From NCBI GenBank assembly GCA_009701885.1, contig WLJH01000016.1, positions 16,384 through 80,383 on the forward strand: 64,000 nucleotides of DNA. Reading direction: 5' to 3'. The translations under genes were made by a program, and so were the position numbers. The DNA comes from Actinomycetota bacterium. GTDB lineage: Bacteria; Actinomycetota; Actinomycetes; Propionibacteriales; Nocardioidaceae. Below, in pieces: positions 9,074 through 18,824 of this stretch (its first letter is position 1; each line of letters begins with the position of its first letter). The notes beneath the pieces were generated by a model. It had not been told where the DNA came from. It was given only the letters and a program-made list of their open reading frames with translations, and ran no database searches.

Positions 9074-9703
9074 ATGCACGCACGCACCCGTTTCGCCGCC
9101 CTGGCCCTGGCCCTGGGCGCACCCGTCCTGCTGACCGCCTGCGGCGGAGACGACGACACCGGCACCGCCGCCGACATCCCGGCGGACGCCGGGTTCAACC
9201 AGGCGGACGTCGACTTCGCCTCGCAGATGATCCCGCACCACGCCCAGGCGCTGGTCATGGTCGACATGGCCGAGGGTCGCGACATCTCCCCGGAGACCGC
9301 CGACCTGATGGAGCGCATCGAGGCCGCCCAGGCCCCCGAGATCGAGCAGATGACCGGCTGGCTGGAGGACTGGGACCAGCCGGTGCCCGACCTCGGGGAC
9401 ATGAGCGGCATGGGCTCGGGCGACATGTCCGACATGGACCACAGCGACATGGACATGGACAACATGGACGACATGACCGGGATGATGAGCGCCGAGGACA
9501 TGGCCGACCTCGAGGCGGCCCAGGGCTCGGCGTTCGAGCAGATGTGGCTCTCGATGATGATCGAGCACCACGAGGGCGCCGTGGAGATGGCCGAGGTCGA
9601 GGTCGCCGAGGGCGAGTACGACGAGGCCGTGGCGCTCGCCGAGGAGATCATCGAGGCCCAGGAGGCGGAGATCGCCGAGATGGAGGCCCTGCTCGAGGGC
9701 TGA
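9074..9703 (+). CDS. DUF305 (CopM-like) Met-rich metal-binding lipoprotein
   Basis: Lipobox LTAC, FASQMIPHHAQAL, MIEHHEGAVEMA, Met/Asp-rich linker. Confidence 0.88.
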   Translation: MHARTRFAALALALGAPVLLTACGGDDDTGTAADIPADAGFNQADVDFASQMIPHHAQALVMVDMAEGRDISPETADLMERIEAAQAPEIEQMTGWLEDWDQPVPDLGDMSGMGSGDMSDMDHSDMDMDNMDDMTGMMSAEDMADLEAAQGSAFEQMWLSMMIEHHEGAVEMAEVEVAEGEYDEAVALAEEIIEAQEAEIAEMEALLEG

Positions 9704-9717
9704 CCGTCACAGGGGTG

Positions 9718-9758
9718 GCCGAGCGGGCAGGGCTTCGTGGAAGAGCTGCCCGCTCGGC
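9718..9758 (+). terminator. hairpin, probable terminator after the DUF305 gene
   Basis: 13-bp perfect stem gccgagcgggcag / ctgcccgctcggc. Confidence 0.6.
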
Positions 9759-9835
9759 GTACCCCGTTGGGCTCCCGGCCCTCACCCCTGCATGTGAGGC
9801 AGGACCTCAACAACAGGTTCATGGTGGAGTGACTG

Positions 9836-9856
9836 ATCTCAACATACTGTTGAGAT
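9836..9856. promoter_or_regulatory. perfect palindromic operator candidate
   Basis: ATCTCAACA-TAC-TGTTGAGAT, AT-rich, about 20 bp upstream of ATG 9877. Confidence 0.65.
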
Positions 9857-9876
9857 ACCGACCTCCGGAGGCAGTC

Positions 9877-10146
9877 ATGACCCAGGCACCCCAGATCCAC
9901 ATCGACCGGCAGTCCATCGACGGCACCCCCGACGAGGACGTCGTCGACTGGACGGCGCTCGGCCGCAAGATGTGGGACTTCCTGACCGGCCGGGAGGCCG
10001 AGATCCGCTACCACCTCGACGACGTCGTCGTGGAGGTCCCGCGCGACACCGGCCCGACCTCGCCGCGCGCCACCTGGAAGCTCTCCGGCACCATCGCCGT
10101 CACCACCTCGGACGTCACGACGCGCGGCACCGCGGACCGGTCGTGA
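9877..10146 (+). CDS. small hypothetical protein (89 aa)
   Basis: RBS ggagg before ATG 9877. Stop overlaps the next GTG. Confidence 0.7.
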   Translation: MTQAPQIHIDRQSIDGTPDEDVVDWTALGRKMWDFLTGREAEIRYHLDDVVVEVPRDTGPTSPRATWKLSGTIAVTTSDVTTRGTADRS

Positions 10147-11003
10147 GGACCTCGGTCGAGGCCGACCTCTGCTTCCGCGTCGAGGACGCCGACGGCCAGC
10201 GCATCGACGGGCACCTCACCGGCAGCGGCCAGGTGCTCACCCTGCGCATCGACGACCCGGGGGCCTTCGCCGGCGCCGGTGACGCCGCGGCCGTGCGGTA
10301 CGTCGCCGACGAGCTCGCCGCCCGCCGGCTCGAGGTCCGCGTCACCGACGGGCGCTCCACGCTGGTGCGCCTCGGCGACGTGCGCGCCCCCTGGTGGCAG
10401 CGCCGGCTGACCCGCTCGCGCCACCTGCGCGTCGGCAGCCTCCGCGGCCTCTGGACCGCCGCCCAGGCGCGCGCCCAGGGCCGCGAGCCGGTCCTCCCCA
10501 GCCTGCTCTCGGCACCGCCGCCGACCCTCTCGCCGCTCCTGCCGACCTTCGGCGCCCGGCCTCGGCACGTCACCGGCACCCACGACCCGGCCCGCGGCGG
10601 CAGCCCGCGGCTCGTGGTCGTGCCCGACCTCGCCGGCCCCGACACGCGACGCACGATCTACTCCCTCGCCGGCGACTGCGGCGACACCTTCCTCATCGGC
10701 TCCGCCGAGGACTGCCACATCCGGCTGCCCGGTCTGGCTGCCCACCACTGCCTGGTCGTGCACGACGACGACGACGAGTTCGTGGCCGAGGCCGTCGACG
10801 GGGAGGTCCGCGTGCACGGCGCCCGGGTGCAGCAGGGCCTGCTGCGCACCGGCACGCGCCTGGAGCTCGGGGAGCACTGCCTGGCCTTCGCGCGCGAGGA
10901 GTACGCCGACCACGGCCGTCCCTACGGCGGACGGATCGGCGGCGAGCTCGGCCACCAGCGCCCCCAGCCCGAGCGGCTGCGACTGATCCGTGGCGAGGGC
11001 TGA
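10143..11003 (+). CDS. protein with C-terminal FHA-like domain
   Basis: GTGA overlap. C-terminal FLIGSAEDCHIRLPGLAAHHC...VRVHG...LRTGTRLELG follows the FHA pattern. Confidence 0.7.
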   Translation: MRTSVEADLCFRVEDADGQRIDGHLTGSGQVLTLRIDDPGAFAGAGDAAAVRYVADELAARRLEVRVTDGRSTLVRLGDVRAPWWQRRLTRSRHLRVGSLRGLWTAAQARAQGREPVLPSLLSAPPPTLSPLLPTFGARPRHVTGTHDPARGGSPRLVVVPDLAGPDTRRTIYSLAGDCGDTFLIGSAEDCHIRLPGLAAHHCLVVHDDDDEFVAEAVDGEVRVHGARVQQGLLRTGTRLELGEHCLAFAREEYADHGRPYGGRIGGELGHQRPQPERLRLIRGEG

Positions 11004-11044
11004 GCCGGCGTGCCGCTGACCCCGTTCCTCTGCCCCACCCGCGC

Positions 11045-11785
11045 ATGAGGCGCCCCGACGACCGGCCGCCGCCGCTGCCCGGGCGGGCGCTGATGTCGCA
11101 GGACTGGCGCGACGTCGGTTTCGTGCACTGGGCCGTCGACCCCGTCCAGGTCGCTCCGCTGCTGCCGCGCGGGGTGCGCCCCGACACCCTCGACGGGCGC
11201 ACCTACGTCGGGCTCGTGCCGTTCACCATGGTCGACGCCGGGCTCGGCCGCGGCCCGGCGGTCCCGTGGCTCGGCACGTTCCTGGAGACCAACGTCCGGG
11301 TCTACTCCGTCGACGAGCAGGGCCGCCGCGGCGTGGTCTTCCTCAGCCTCGACTGCGACCGGCTCGTCGTGACCGCCGCGGCCCGGCTCGGGTTCGGCAC
11401 GCCGTACCGCTGGGCCCGCATGCGTCACACCCACCGACCCGTCGCCGGCGGCACCCGGCACACCTGGGCCTCCACGGTGCGCTGGCCCGCGCCGCCCGGC
11501 GGACCGGCCGCCACCCGGATCGAGCTCGAGGTCGGCGAGCGCCGCGCCCCCACCCCGCTCGACGTCTTCCTCACCGCCCGGTGGGCGCTGCACACCACCG
11601 TCGCGCGGCAGCGCCTCTACGTCCGCAACGCCCACGACCCCTGGCCGCTGCACGAGGCCCGGCTGGTCTCCCTCGACGACTCGCTCCTGGCCGTCGCCGG
11701 GTTCCCCGGACTCGCCGAGCGGCCCCCGGACCACGTCGCCTTCAGCCCCGGGGTGCACACGGTCTTCACCTTCCCTCGCCGCTGA
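11045..11785 (+). CDS. DUF2071 / YqjF family protein
   Basis: MSQDWRDVGFVHW, YVGLVPF, FLETNVRVY, GVVFLSLD, FLTARW. Confidence 0.85.
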   Translation: MRRPDDRPPPLPGRALMSQDWRDVGFVHWAVDPVQVAPLLPRGVRPDTLDGRTYVGLVPFTMVDAGLGRGPAVPWLGTFLETNVRVYSVDEQGRRGVVFLSLDCDRLVVTAAARLGFGTPYRWARMRHTHRPVAGGTRHTWASTVRWPAPPGGPAATRIELEVGERRAPTPLDVFLTARWALHTTVARQRLYVRNAHDPWPLHEARLVSLDDSLLAVAGFPGLAERPPDHVAFSPGVHTVFTFPRR

Positions 11786-11820
11786 GTGCTGTGCCTCGCG
11801 CACCCGCCGCCCCGCCGCGC

Positions 11821-11870
11821 GGGACGTCATACGGGCAGGACGTCCCCCGCGGCAGGTCGTATGACGTCCC
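11821..11870. terminator. probable bidirectional terminator hairpin
   Basis: gggacgtcatacg / cgtatgacgtccc 13-bp perfect stem between convergent genes. Confidence 0.65.
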
Positions 11871-11895
11871 GTCGCGCCGGCGCGACGGGAGACGG

Positions 11896-13122
11896 TCAGC
11901 CGAGGCTGGCGAGCCCGGTCAGGAGTCGGTCGACCTCGTCCCGGGTGGTGTACGCCGCGAGCCCGACCCGCACCCCGCCGGCGTCCCCGAGGCCCAGTGC
12001 CCGCGAGGCCTCCAGCGCGTAGAACGACGAGTGCGGCGCGACCACCCCGTGCTCGGCGAGGTGCCGAGCGACCTCGGTGTTCGCGACGCCGGGGACGGTG
12101 AGCAGCACCGTCGGCGTGCGGCGGGCCGGCCGCCCGTGGACCGTCACGTGCGGCATCGCGGCGAGCCGGTCGAGCAGGTGCGCCAGCAGCCCCGCCTCGT
12201 ATGCCGCCAGCGCGGTCATCGAGGCCACGACCCGCTCGCGGCGCGACCCCGGCTCGGCGTCGGACTCGCGGCCCGGCACCAGGTCGGCGATCACGTCGAC
12301 GGCGGCGGTCGTGCCGGCGAGCAGCTCGTAGGGCAGCGTGCCGAGCTCGAACCTCTCGGGCACCGCGTCGGAGGACGGCAGCAGCTTGTCCGGGCGCAGC
12401 GTCCCCAGCAGCGCGGGGTCGGCCGCCAGGGCGCCGAGGTGCGGGCCGAAGAACTTGTAGGGGGAGCAGGTGAGCAGGTCCGCCCCCAGCGCGACCCGGT
12501 CGACCGGTGCGTGCGGGGTCAGGTGGACGGCGTCGACGTGCACGAGCGCCCCGACCGCGTGCGCCGCGGCAGCGATCGCCGCGACGTCGGGTCGGGTGCC
12601 GACGAGGTTCGAGGCGCCCGTGACCGCGACCAGCCGGGTGCGGTCGGTGAGCAGCGGCGCCACGTCGTCGACCTCGCCGGTCACCGGGTCGATCCCCAGC
12701 CACCGCACGGTCGCACCCGCGCGCTCGGCGGCGATCACCCACGGCCGGATGTTGCTGTCGTGGTCGAGCCGGCACACCACGACCTCGTCGCCCGGGCCCC
12801 AGCCCTGGGCCAGGGTCGCAGCGGCCTGCATGACCAGGGCCGTCGCGGAGCGACCGAGGACCACGCCGGTCGGGTCGGTGCCGAGCAGGTCGCCCAGGGC
12901 GGCGCGGCACTCCTGCACCACGGACTCGGCCCGCCGCTCATGCTCGTGGAGGGTCCCGCGCTGGTTGAGCCCGGCGGTCATGGCGCCGTGCACCGCGTCG
13001 GCCACCTGCCGCGCGACGAGCGAGCCGCCGGGTGAGTCGAAGCGGGCCAGCCCTCCCCGGATCCCGGGGAACCACGCGCGCACGCGCCCCACGTCGTACG
13101 TCGTCAGCCCGTCGAGACCCAT
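11896..13122 (-). CDS. cysteine-desulfurase-like PLP enzyme (class V aminotransferase)
   Basis: FDSPGG, DHDSNIRPW, HVDAVH, PLP lysine in CSPYKFFGPH. Confidence 0.88.
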   Translation of the reverse strand: MGLDGLTTYDVGRVRAWFPGIRGGLARFDSPGGSLVARQVADAVHGAMTAGLNQRGTLHEHERRAESVVQECRAALGDLLGTDPTGVVLGRSATALVMQAAATLAQGWGPGDEVVVCRLDHDSNIRPWVIAAERAGATVRWLGIDPVTGEVDDVAPLLTDRTRLVAVTGASNLVGTRPDVAAIAAAAHAVGALVHVDAVHLTPHAPVDRVALGADLLTCSPYKFFGPHLGALAADPALLGTLRPDKLLPSSDAVPERFELGTLPYELLAGTTAAVDVIADLVPGRESDAEPGSRRERVVASMTALAAYEAGLLAHLLDRLAAMPHVTVHGRPARRTPTVLLTVPGVANTEVARHLAEHGVVAPHSSFYALEASRALGLGDAGGVRVGLAAYTTRDEVDRLLTGLASLG

Positions 13123-13236
13123 GCCGCCGACTCTGTCAGGACCGACCGCCAGGTCGCCGAGCCGCCCCGTCCTTCCGTGCACCTCGTCCGGAAGGACGGG
13201 CCGGCTCGGCGTCGTGTCTGTCGAGCACCAGACAGA

Positions 13237-14778
13237 TCAGAGGTTCTTGTGCCTCCGCACCCGCAGCGGCCGCTTGGGCAGCTGGGTGGCCCGGCCGTGG
13301 AGCACGGCGAGGAGGGTGGCGACCTGGGCGTCCTGCTCGGCGGTCCGCTCGAAGGTGGTGAGGTTGAGCGGGGCCTTGAAGCGGGTGCGGGTGACCGCCT
13401 TGGCGTAGCAGAACTCCCGCAGCCCGTCGGGGCCGTGGATCCGGCCGAAGCCGGAGTCGCCGACGCCGCCGAAGGGCAGGCCGGGCACGGCGGCGAAGGA
13501 GATGACCGAGTTGATCGCGGTCATGCCCGTGCGCAGCCGCCTCGCGATCTCCTCGCCGCGGGAGGCGGAGAAGACCGAGGAGCCCAGGCCGTACTTCCCG
13601 ACGTTGACCCGCTCGATCGCCTCGTCCATCGACCGCACGCGGTTGACCACGACGGTCGGGCCGAAGGTCTCCTCGCAGACGGCCTCGGAGTCCTCGGGCA
13701 CGTCGACGAGCACGGTCGGCTGGACGAACCGGTCACCGACCGCCTCGGGCCCGCCGACCACCGCGCGGCCGCCCTTGGCGAGCGCGTCGTCGACGTGGCG
13801 GCGTACGACGTCGAGCTGGGACGGCATGGTCATCGGGCCGTACTGGGCGGCCGGGTCGTGCCCAGAGCGCACCTCGCGGGCGCGCCGGGTGAGGGCGTCG
13901 AGGAAGGCGTCGTGGACCTTGTCGTGGACGTAGACCCGCTCGATGCCGGTGCAGGTCTGGCCGGCGTTGGAGAACGCACCCCAGGCGGCGGCATCGGCGG
14001 CGGCCTCGATGTCGGCGTCCTCGTCGACCAGCATCGCGTCCTTGCCGCCGGCCTCGATGACGACCGGCGTGAGCCGCTCGGCGCAGGCCGCCATGACCCG
14101 CTTGCCGGTGGCGGTGGATCCGGTGAAGGCGATCTTGTCGACGTCGGCGCGGCACAGCGCCGCGCCGGTCTCCCCGAAGCCGGTCACGACCTGGAGCAGG
14201 TCGTGACCGGGCACGACCTCGCGCAGGCTGTCGGCCAGCCAGTGGCCGACGCCGGGGGTCAGCTCGCTGGGCTTGAAGACCACGGTGTTGCCGGCGCCCA
14301 GCGCGTAGGCGATGGAGCCCATCGGCGTGAAGACGGGGTAGTTCCAGGGGCCGATGACGCCGACGACGCCGAGCGGGCGGTACTCCACGGACGCCGCCTG
14401 GTTGGCGAGCAGCAGCCCCGCGAAGACCTTCTTGGGGCCGAGCACCTTCTTGGCGTGCGAGGCGATCCAGGCCAGGTGGTCGATGGCGAGCGCGGCCTCG
14501 AGCTGGGCGTCGCCGTGCGGCTTGCCGGTCTCGCGGTGCACGACGTCGACGAGGGCGGCGACGCGACGCGCCAGCACCCCGCGCCACTGGTCGAGCACCT
14601 CCTTGCGGCCCTCGAAGCCCAGGCCCTCCCACCACGACGCCGACGCGCGGGCGCGGGCGACCGCGGCGTCGACGTCGGCGGCGGTGTGGACGGGGTAGGT
14701 GCCGACGACCTCGCCGGTCGCGGGGTTGAGCGAGGTGAAGGAGTCGGTGCTGGCAGGTCGGTCGTCGAGCTGGGTCAT
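13237..14778 (-). CDS. aldehyde dehydrogenase
   Basis: PWNYP, FTGS, EAGGKD, catalytic Cys in GQTCTG, EETFGP. Start ATG 14778 overlaps the GMC stop. Confidence 0.93.
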   Translation of the reverse strand: MTQLDDRPASTDSFTSLNPATGEVVGTYPVHTAADVDAAVARARASASWWEGLGFEGRKEVLDQWRGVLARRVAALVDVVHRETGKPHGDAQLEAALAIDHLAWIASHAKKVLGPKKVFAGLLLANQAASVEYRPLGVVGVIGPWNYPVFTPMGSIAYALGAGNTVVFKPSELTPGVGHWLADSLREVVPGHDLLQVVTGFGETGAALCRADVDKIAFTGSTATGKRVMAACAERLTPVVIEAGGKDAMLVDEDADIEAAADAAAWGAFSNAGQTCTGIERVYVHDKVHDAFLDALTRRAREVRSGHDPAAQYGPMTMPSQLDVVRRHVDDALAKGGRAVVGGPEAVGDRFVQPTVLVDVPEDSEAVCEETFGPTVVVNRVRSMDEAIERVNVGKYGLGSSVFSASRGEEIARRLRTGMTAINSVISFAAVPGLPFGGVGDSGFGRIHGPDGLREFCYAKAVTRTRFKAPLNLTTFERTAEQDAQVATLLAVLHGRATQLPKRPLRVRRHKNL

Positions 14779-16379
14779 CGGGCGGTCCTTCCGCGCAGGA
14801 GGTCGGCGGCCTTCTCGCCGATCATGATGGAGGGGGCGTTGGTGTTGCCGCGGGTGACCATCGGCATGACCGAGGCGTCGGCGACCCGCAGGCCCTCGAC
14901 GCCGCGCACCTTGAGCTCGGGGTCGACGACCGCGCGCTCGTCGGAGCCCATCGCGCAGGTGCCGACCGGGTGGTAGAGCGTCTGGGTCTCCGCACGCAGG
15001 TGCGCCTCGAGCTGGGCGTCGGTGGGGTCGACGCCCCAGCCGCGCATGGTGGGCAGCAGCCCGTCCTCGACGTGCTTGGCCAGCGGGCCGCTGTGCACGG
15101 TGTCGAGCAGGCGCCGCATGCCGGCGACCATCGCGTCGAGGTCGACCTGGTCGTCGTAGTAGCCGGCGTCGATCTCGGGGTGCCAGCGCGGGTCGGTGCC
15201 GCGCAGCCGCACCGAGCCGCGGCTGGCGACGTGCACCAGCGTCGGCGCGACGGTGACGCAGCGGGCGGTCGCCTCGTGCAGGCCGTTGTCCCAGAAGCCG
15301 CTCGGCGCGACGTGCGCCTGCAGGTCGGGCGCGGGCAGCTCGTCGCGGGTCTTGAAGAACCCGCCGCCCTCGCCGACGTTGGAGGTCAGCGGGCCGGTGC
15401 CGCGGGTCTTGGCCCGCAGGAACTGCACCAGGTTGTTGTGGTCGAGCAGGTCCCCGATGTCGCGCGTGCGGAAGACCATCGGCAGCGCCGGGTGGTCGTG
15501 CAGGTTGGCGCCGACGGTCGGCAGGTCGACGAGCACGTCCACCCCGACCTCGCGCAGGTGCTCGCCGGGGCCGATGCCCGACAGCATGAGCAGCTGGGGG
15601 CTGTTGACGGCCCCGCCGCTCAGGACGACCTCCGCCTCGACGTACGCCGTGCGGCGGGTGCCCTCGAGCTCGTACTCCACGCCCGTCGCGCGACCCCCCT
15701 CCACCACGACCCGGTGCGCCAGCGCGCCGGTGTGGACCGTGAGGTTGGGGCGCGACATCGCGGGCTCGAGGTAGGCCTTGGCCGTCGACCAGCGACGGCC
15801 CTTCTTGCACGTGACCTGGTAGAGCCCGGCGCCCTCCTGCTCCGCGCCGTTGAAGTCGTCGGTGGGCTTGAAGCCGGTCGCGACCGCCGACTCGACCCAC
15901 ATGCTGGTCAGCGGGTGGGTGTAGGAGCGGTCCTCGACGTGGAGCGGACCGTCCTGGCCGTGGTACGGCCCGCCGAGGCGGGTGTTGCCCTCGGAGCGGA
16001 CGAAGTAGGGCAGCACGTCCTCGTAGCCCCAGCCGGTCGCGCCGTAGGCGTCGCGCCAGGTGTCGAAGTCGTGCCGGTTGCCGCGGATGTAGATCATCGC
16101 GTTCATCGACGAGCAACCGCCGAGGGCCTTCATCCGCGGCCAGTGCGCGCGGCGTCCCTCGAGCTGCTTCTGCTCGGTGGTGTGGTAGTTCCAGTCCCAC
16201 TTGGTGCGGAAGAGGTTGGGGAAGGCCGCGGGCACCGTCACCTCGTCGGCGTCGGCCGGCGGACCGGCCTCCAGCAGCAGCACCCGGGTGCGCGGGTCCT
16301 CGGTCAGCCGGGCGGCCACCACGGCACCGGCACTGCCGGCTCCGACCACCACGTAGTCGTAGGTCTCCCGCTCGGGCAC
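14775..16379 (-). CDS. GMC-family oxidoreductase (choline/alcohol dehydrogenase-like)
   Basis: [40 protein letters not shown]. Confidence 0.93.
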   Translation of the reverse strand: MPERETYDYVVVGAGSAGAVVAARLTEDPRTRVLLLEAGPPADADEVTVPAAFPNLFRTKWDWNYHTTEQKQLEGRRAHWPRMKALGGCSSMNAMIYIRGNRHDFDTWRDAYGATGWGYEDVLPYFVRSEGNTRLGGPYHGQDGPLHVEDRSYTHPLTSMWVESAVATGFKPTDDFNGAEQEGAGLYQVTCKKGRRWSTAKAYLEPAMSRPNLTVHTGALAHRVVVEGGRATGVEYELEGTRRTAYVEAEVVLSGGAVNSPQLLMLSGIGPGEHLREVGVDVLVDLPTVGANLHDHPALPMVFRTRDIGDLLDHNNLVQFLRAKTRGTGPLTSNVGEGGGFFKTRDELPAPDLQAHVAPSGFWDNGLHEATARCVTVAPTLVHVASRGSVRLRGTDPRWHPEIDAGYYDDQVDLDAMVAGMRRLLDTVHSGPLAKHVEDGLLPTMRGWGVDPTDAQLEAHLRAETQTLYHPVGTCAMGSDERAVVDPELKVRGVEGLRVADASVMPMVTRGNTNAPSIMIGEKAADLLRGRTAR

Positions 16380-16491
16380 GCATCCTCCTCGGTGTCGTTC
16401 GCTGTCACCGGCGTACGCCGGGTGCGTGCCCTCGAACCTAGATCGCTGTGACCCCGATCACCAGGGGTCGTCCGGGTGGGTCCACCGATCG

Positions 16492-16507
16492 GACAGGACG
16501 TCCTGTC
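16492..16507. promoter_or_regulatory. 16-bp perfect palindrome upstream of GMC-ALDH operon
   Basis: gacaggac-gtcctgtc. Confidence 0.35.
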
Positions 16508-16565
16508 AGACGCCGGCCTCCGGGTCCCCCGCCTCGACGCCCGGTCCCCGCCTGCCGTCCCTGCC

Positions 16566-18236
16566 TCACCCGGCGTGCCCCGGCACGGCCTCGCCGGGGA
16601 CCTCGCCGGGCACCGGCTGGGCCGATGGCTGGACCGATGGCTGCGCCGATGACTGGGTCGATGGCTGGGTCGATGGCTGGGTCGGCAGCTGGATCTCGAC
16701 GGTGACGTCGTCGGCGAGGCGGGTGACGGGCGCGAGGACCTCGACCGGCTGCGACTTGCCCTTGAGCGCGACCTCCCCGCGGGAGACCAGGGCGTGTGGC
16801 CGGGTGAGCAGGTCGCGGGTGGCGGCGGTGAGCAGCACGTCGTCGCCGGTGTCGCGGGTGGCGGCCTCGACCCGGGCGGCGACGTTGACGACGTCGCCGA
16901 TGACCGAGAAGTTCAGCCGCCCCGCGCCGCCGATCGGGCCGGCCACGACCTGGCCGGAGTTGATGCCGGCGGCGACCCGCAGGCCGGTCGAGCCGAGGTG
17001 CACCGCGTCGAGGATCATCCGGGCCGCGTCCAGGGCGCGGTCGGCGTGGTCGGGCTGCGGGGCGGGCGCGCCGAAGACCGCCATCAGCCCGTCGCCGATG
17101 AACTTGTCGACGTGGCCGCCGTAGGCCTCGACGACCGGCACCATCTCGGCGAAGAGCCCGTTGAGGGTCTCGACCACCTCGGGGGCCGGCCGGCGCTCGG
17201 CGTACCTCGTGAAGCCGCGGACGTCGACGAAGAGCACCGACACCTCGACCTCGAACCCCTCCTGCGGCACCTCGCCGGCCAGGATCAGCCGAACGATCTC
17301 GCGGTCGACGTAGGTGCCGAAGTGCTCGCGCAGCTCCTCGCGCTCGGCCAGCCCGCGGGCCATGGTGTTGAAGTCGCGGGCCAGCTCGCCGAGCTCGTCG
17401 TTGCTCAGCACCGGCGCGCGAGCGGCGAGGTCGCCGTCGCGTACCCGCGCGAGCTGGGTCCGCACGTCCAGCAGCGGACGGGTGATGCTGCCGGTGAGCA
17501 GCCCGGTGAGCTCGAAGGACATGAAGAGCCCGATCGCCATCGACACCCCGACGGTCAGTGCGAGCCGCCCCGAGGGGGACCCGTCGTCGGAGCCGAGTCC
17601 CACGAGACCGCCCACGAGCACCGCGGAGGTGGTGGTGTACGCCGGCACCGCGAGCATCAGCCGCTTGCGCAGCGGCAGCCCCCGCGCGGAGAACGTGAAG
17701 TCGTCGGGCAGCGCCGAGGCCACGTGCTCGACCACGGGCAGCAGCAGCCGCTCGCCGATGGAGTAGGACAGGACCGTCGCGTACAGCCCGGGGATCACGC
17801 CCGCCAGCAGCACCGCCGCGAGACCGCCCCAGCCGATGTCCCACCACGCGGCGGCCGCGAGCCCCGTGGGGACGACGGAGAGCAGCACGACGACGGCCGA
17901 GGACCGGCGGTACTGCTCCAGGGTCAGCGTCGTCACCACCTCCCACGCCTTCGCGGTCTCCCGCGGGGTCGGGTGGGTCAGCCGGATCCACTCCCCCAGC
18001 CCCCGCCGCTCGTCCCTGGCCCGCCACGCCGCCAGCACCACCGAGGTCGCCGTCATGAGCGCTGCGACCGCCGCGACAGCGGCCACCTCGCCCAGTTCGG
18101 GACGGTAGAACGTGGCGATGATCGCCACCGAGATGACCGCGATCCCGACCGACTCGGCCACCGTCACGCCGACCACGGCGACGGGATAGCGCGAGCCCAG
18201 CGCGGCGTACCCGCGACGGGTCAGGGCGTCGATCAC
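16566..18236 (-). CDS. membrane-bound class III adenylate/guanylate cyclase with HAMP domain
   Basis: About 6 TM segments, HAMP ([13 protein letters not shown]), [34 protein letters not shown] 18236 with ggagg RBS. Confidence 0.9.
   Translation of the reverse strand: MIDALTRRGYAALGSRYPVAVVGVTVAESVGIAVISVAIIATFYRPELGEVAAVAAVAALMTATSVVLAAWRARDERRGLGEWIRLTHPTPRETAKAWEVVTTLTLEQYRRSSAVVVLLSVVPTGLAAAAWWDIGWGGLAAVLLAGVIPGLYATVLSYSIGERLLLPVVEHVASALPDDFTFSARGLPLRKRLMLAVPAYTTTSAVLVGGLVGLGSDDGSPSGRLALTVGVSMAIGLFMSFELTGLLTGSITRPLLDVRTQLARVRDGDLAARAPVLSNDELGELARDFNTMARGLAEREELREHFGTYVDREIVRLILAGEVPQEGFEVEVSVLFVDVRGFTRYAERRPAPEVVETLNGLFAEMVPVVEAYGGHVDKFIGDGLMAVFGAPAPQPDHADRALDAARMILDAVHLGSTGLRVAAGINSGQVVAGPIGGAGRLNFSVIGDVVNVAARVEAATRDTGDDVLLTAATRDLLTRPHALVSRGEVALKGKSQPVEVLAPVTRLADDVTVEIQLPTQPSTQPSTQSSAQPSVQPSAQPVPGEVPGEAVPGHAG
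16615..16686. repeat. 6 x 12-bp tandem repeat in cyclase C-terminal tail
   Basis: Units ggctgggccgat, ggctggaccgat, ggctgcgccgat, gactgggtcgat, ggctgggtcgat, ggctgggtcggc, encoding QPST/QPSA-type repeats. Confidence 0.85.
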
Positions 18237-18327
18237 GCCTCCAGTGTGGCCGACTTTGCCCGCCGCTCGCCGCAGTCGGCCCCGCCCGGCCCCGGCCGGC
18301 GACCGCCCCCGCGCGAGGATGGGCCGC

Positions 18328-18597
18328 ATGGTCAACCTGCTGCTCTCGGTCACCTTCGGGTGCGGGGTGCTCATCGCCGTCGCCCACGTGGCCAACCGGC
18401 TCTTCGTGGCGCCTGTCTACGACGTGGTGCTCAACTTGGTCGCCTTCGTCTCCTCCACCGTCGCCTCCAGCCTGCTGGGCTACGTCGTCCCCGCCCTGCT
18501 GTCGGCGCTCGCGGTGCTGTGCTGGGTGGTGCTGGCACGGCGTACCTGGCTGTCCGACCCCGTACGCCGGCGGCAGGGCCAGCTCGCCGCCCACTGA
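18328..18597 (+). CDS. small membrane protein
   Basis: Three hydrophobic segments. Alternative start 18319. Confidence 0.55.
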   Translation: MVNLLLSVTFGCGVLIAVAHVANRLFVAPVYDVVLNLVAFVSSTVASSLLGYVVPALLSALAVLCWVVLARRTWLSDPVRRRQGQLAAH

Positions 18598-18630
18598 GCC
18601 CCGCACGGGCGAGGGTGGGCAGCGGCTGCG

Positions 18631-18718
18631 GGAATCCCCGGATATCAGGCCTTCCTGACGGTTGTCAGGGGTTGCAACCCTCCCGAACCGCCAGAAGAGC
18701 CTGATATCCGGGGATTCC
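18631..18718. repeat. 88-bp element with perfect 20-bp terminal inverted repeats (MITE/REP-like)
   Basis: ggaatccccggatatcaggc (18631-18650) / gcctgatatccggggattcc (18699-18718). Internal cctgac-gtcagg hairpin and gggttgcaaccc palindrome. Confidence 0.75.
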
Positions 18719-18824
18719 GGCACCAGCCCGCACCACCGGGACTGGTCTGGTCCACTCCTCCACCGCTCGGTAACAGAAGGCCCGGCCCGTTACATCCGGG
18801 CCGTCCCCGGCCGATCATGAAGGC

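Noticed and set aside
13237-16383. Apparent 1048-aa fusion ORF
   Set aside because: Only the part from ATG 14778 is ALDH. The rest is an off-frame read of the GMC gene.
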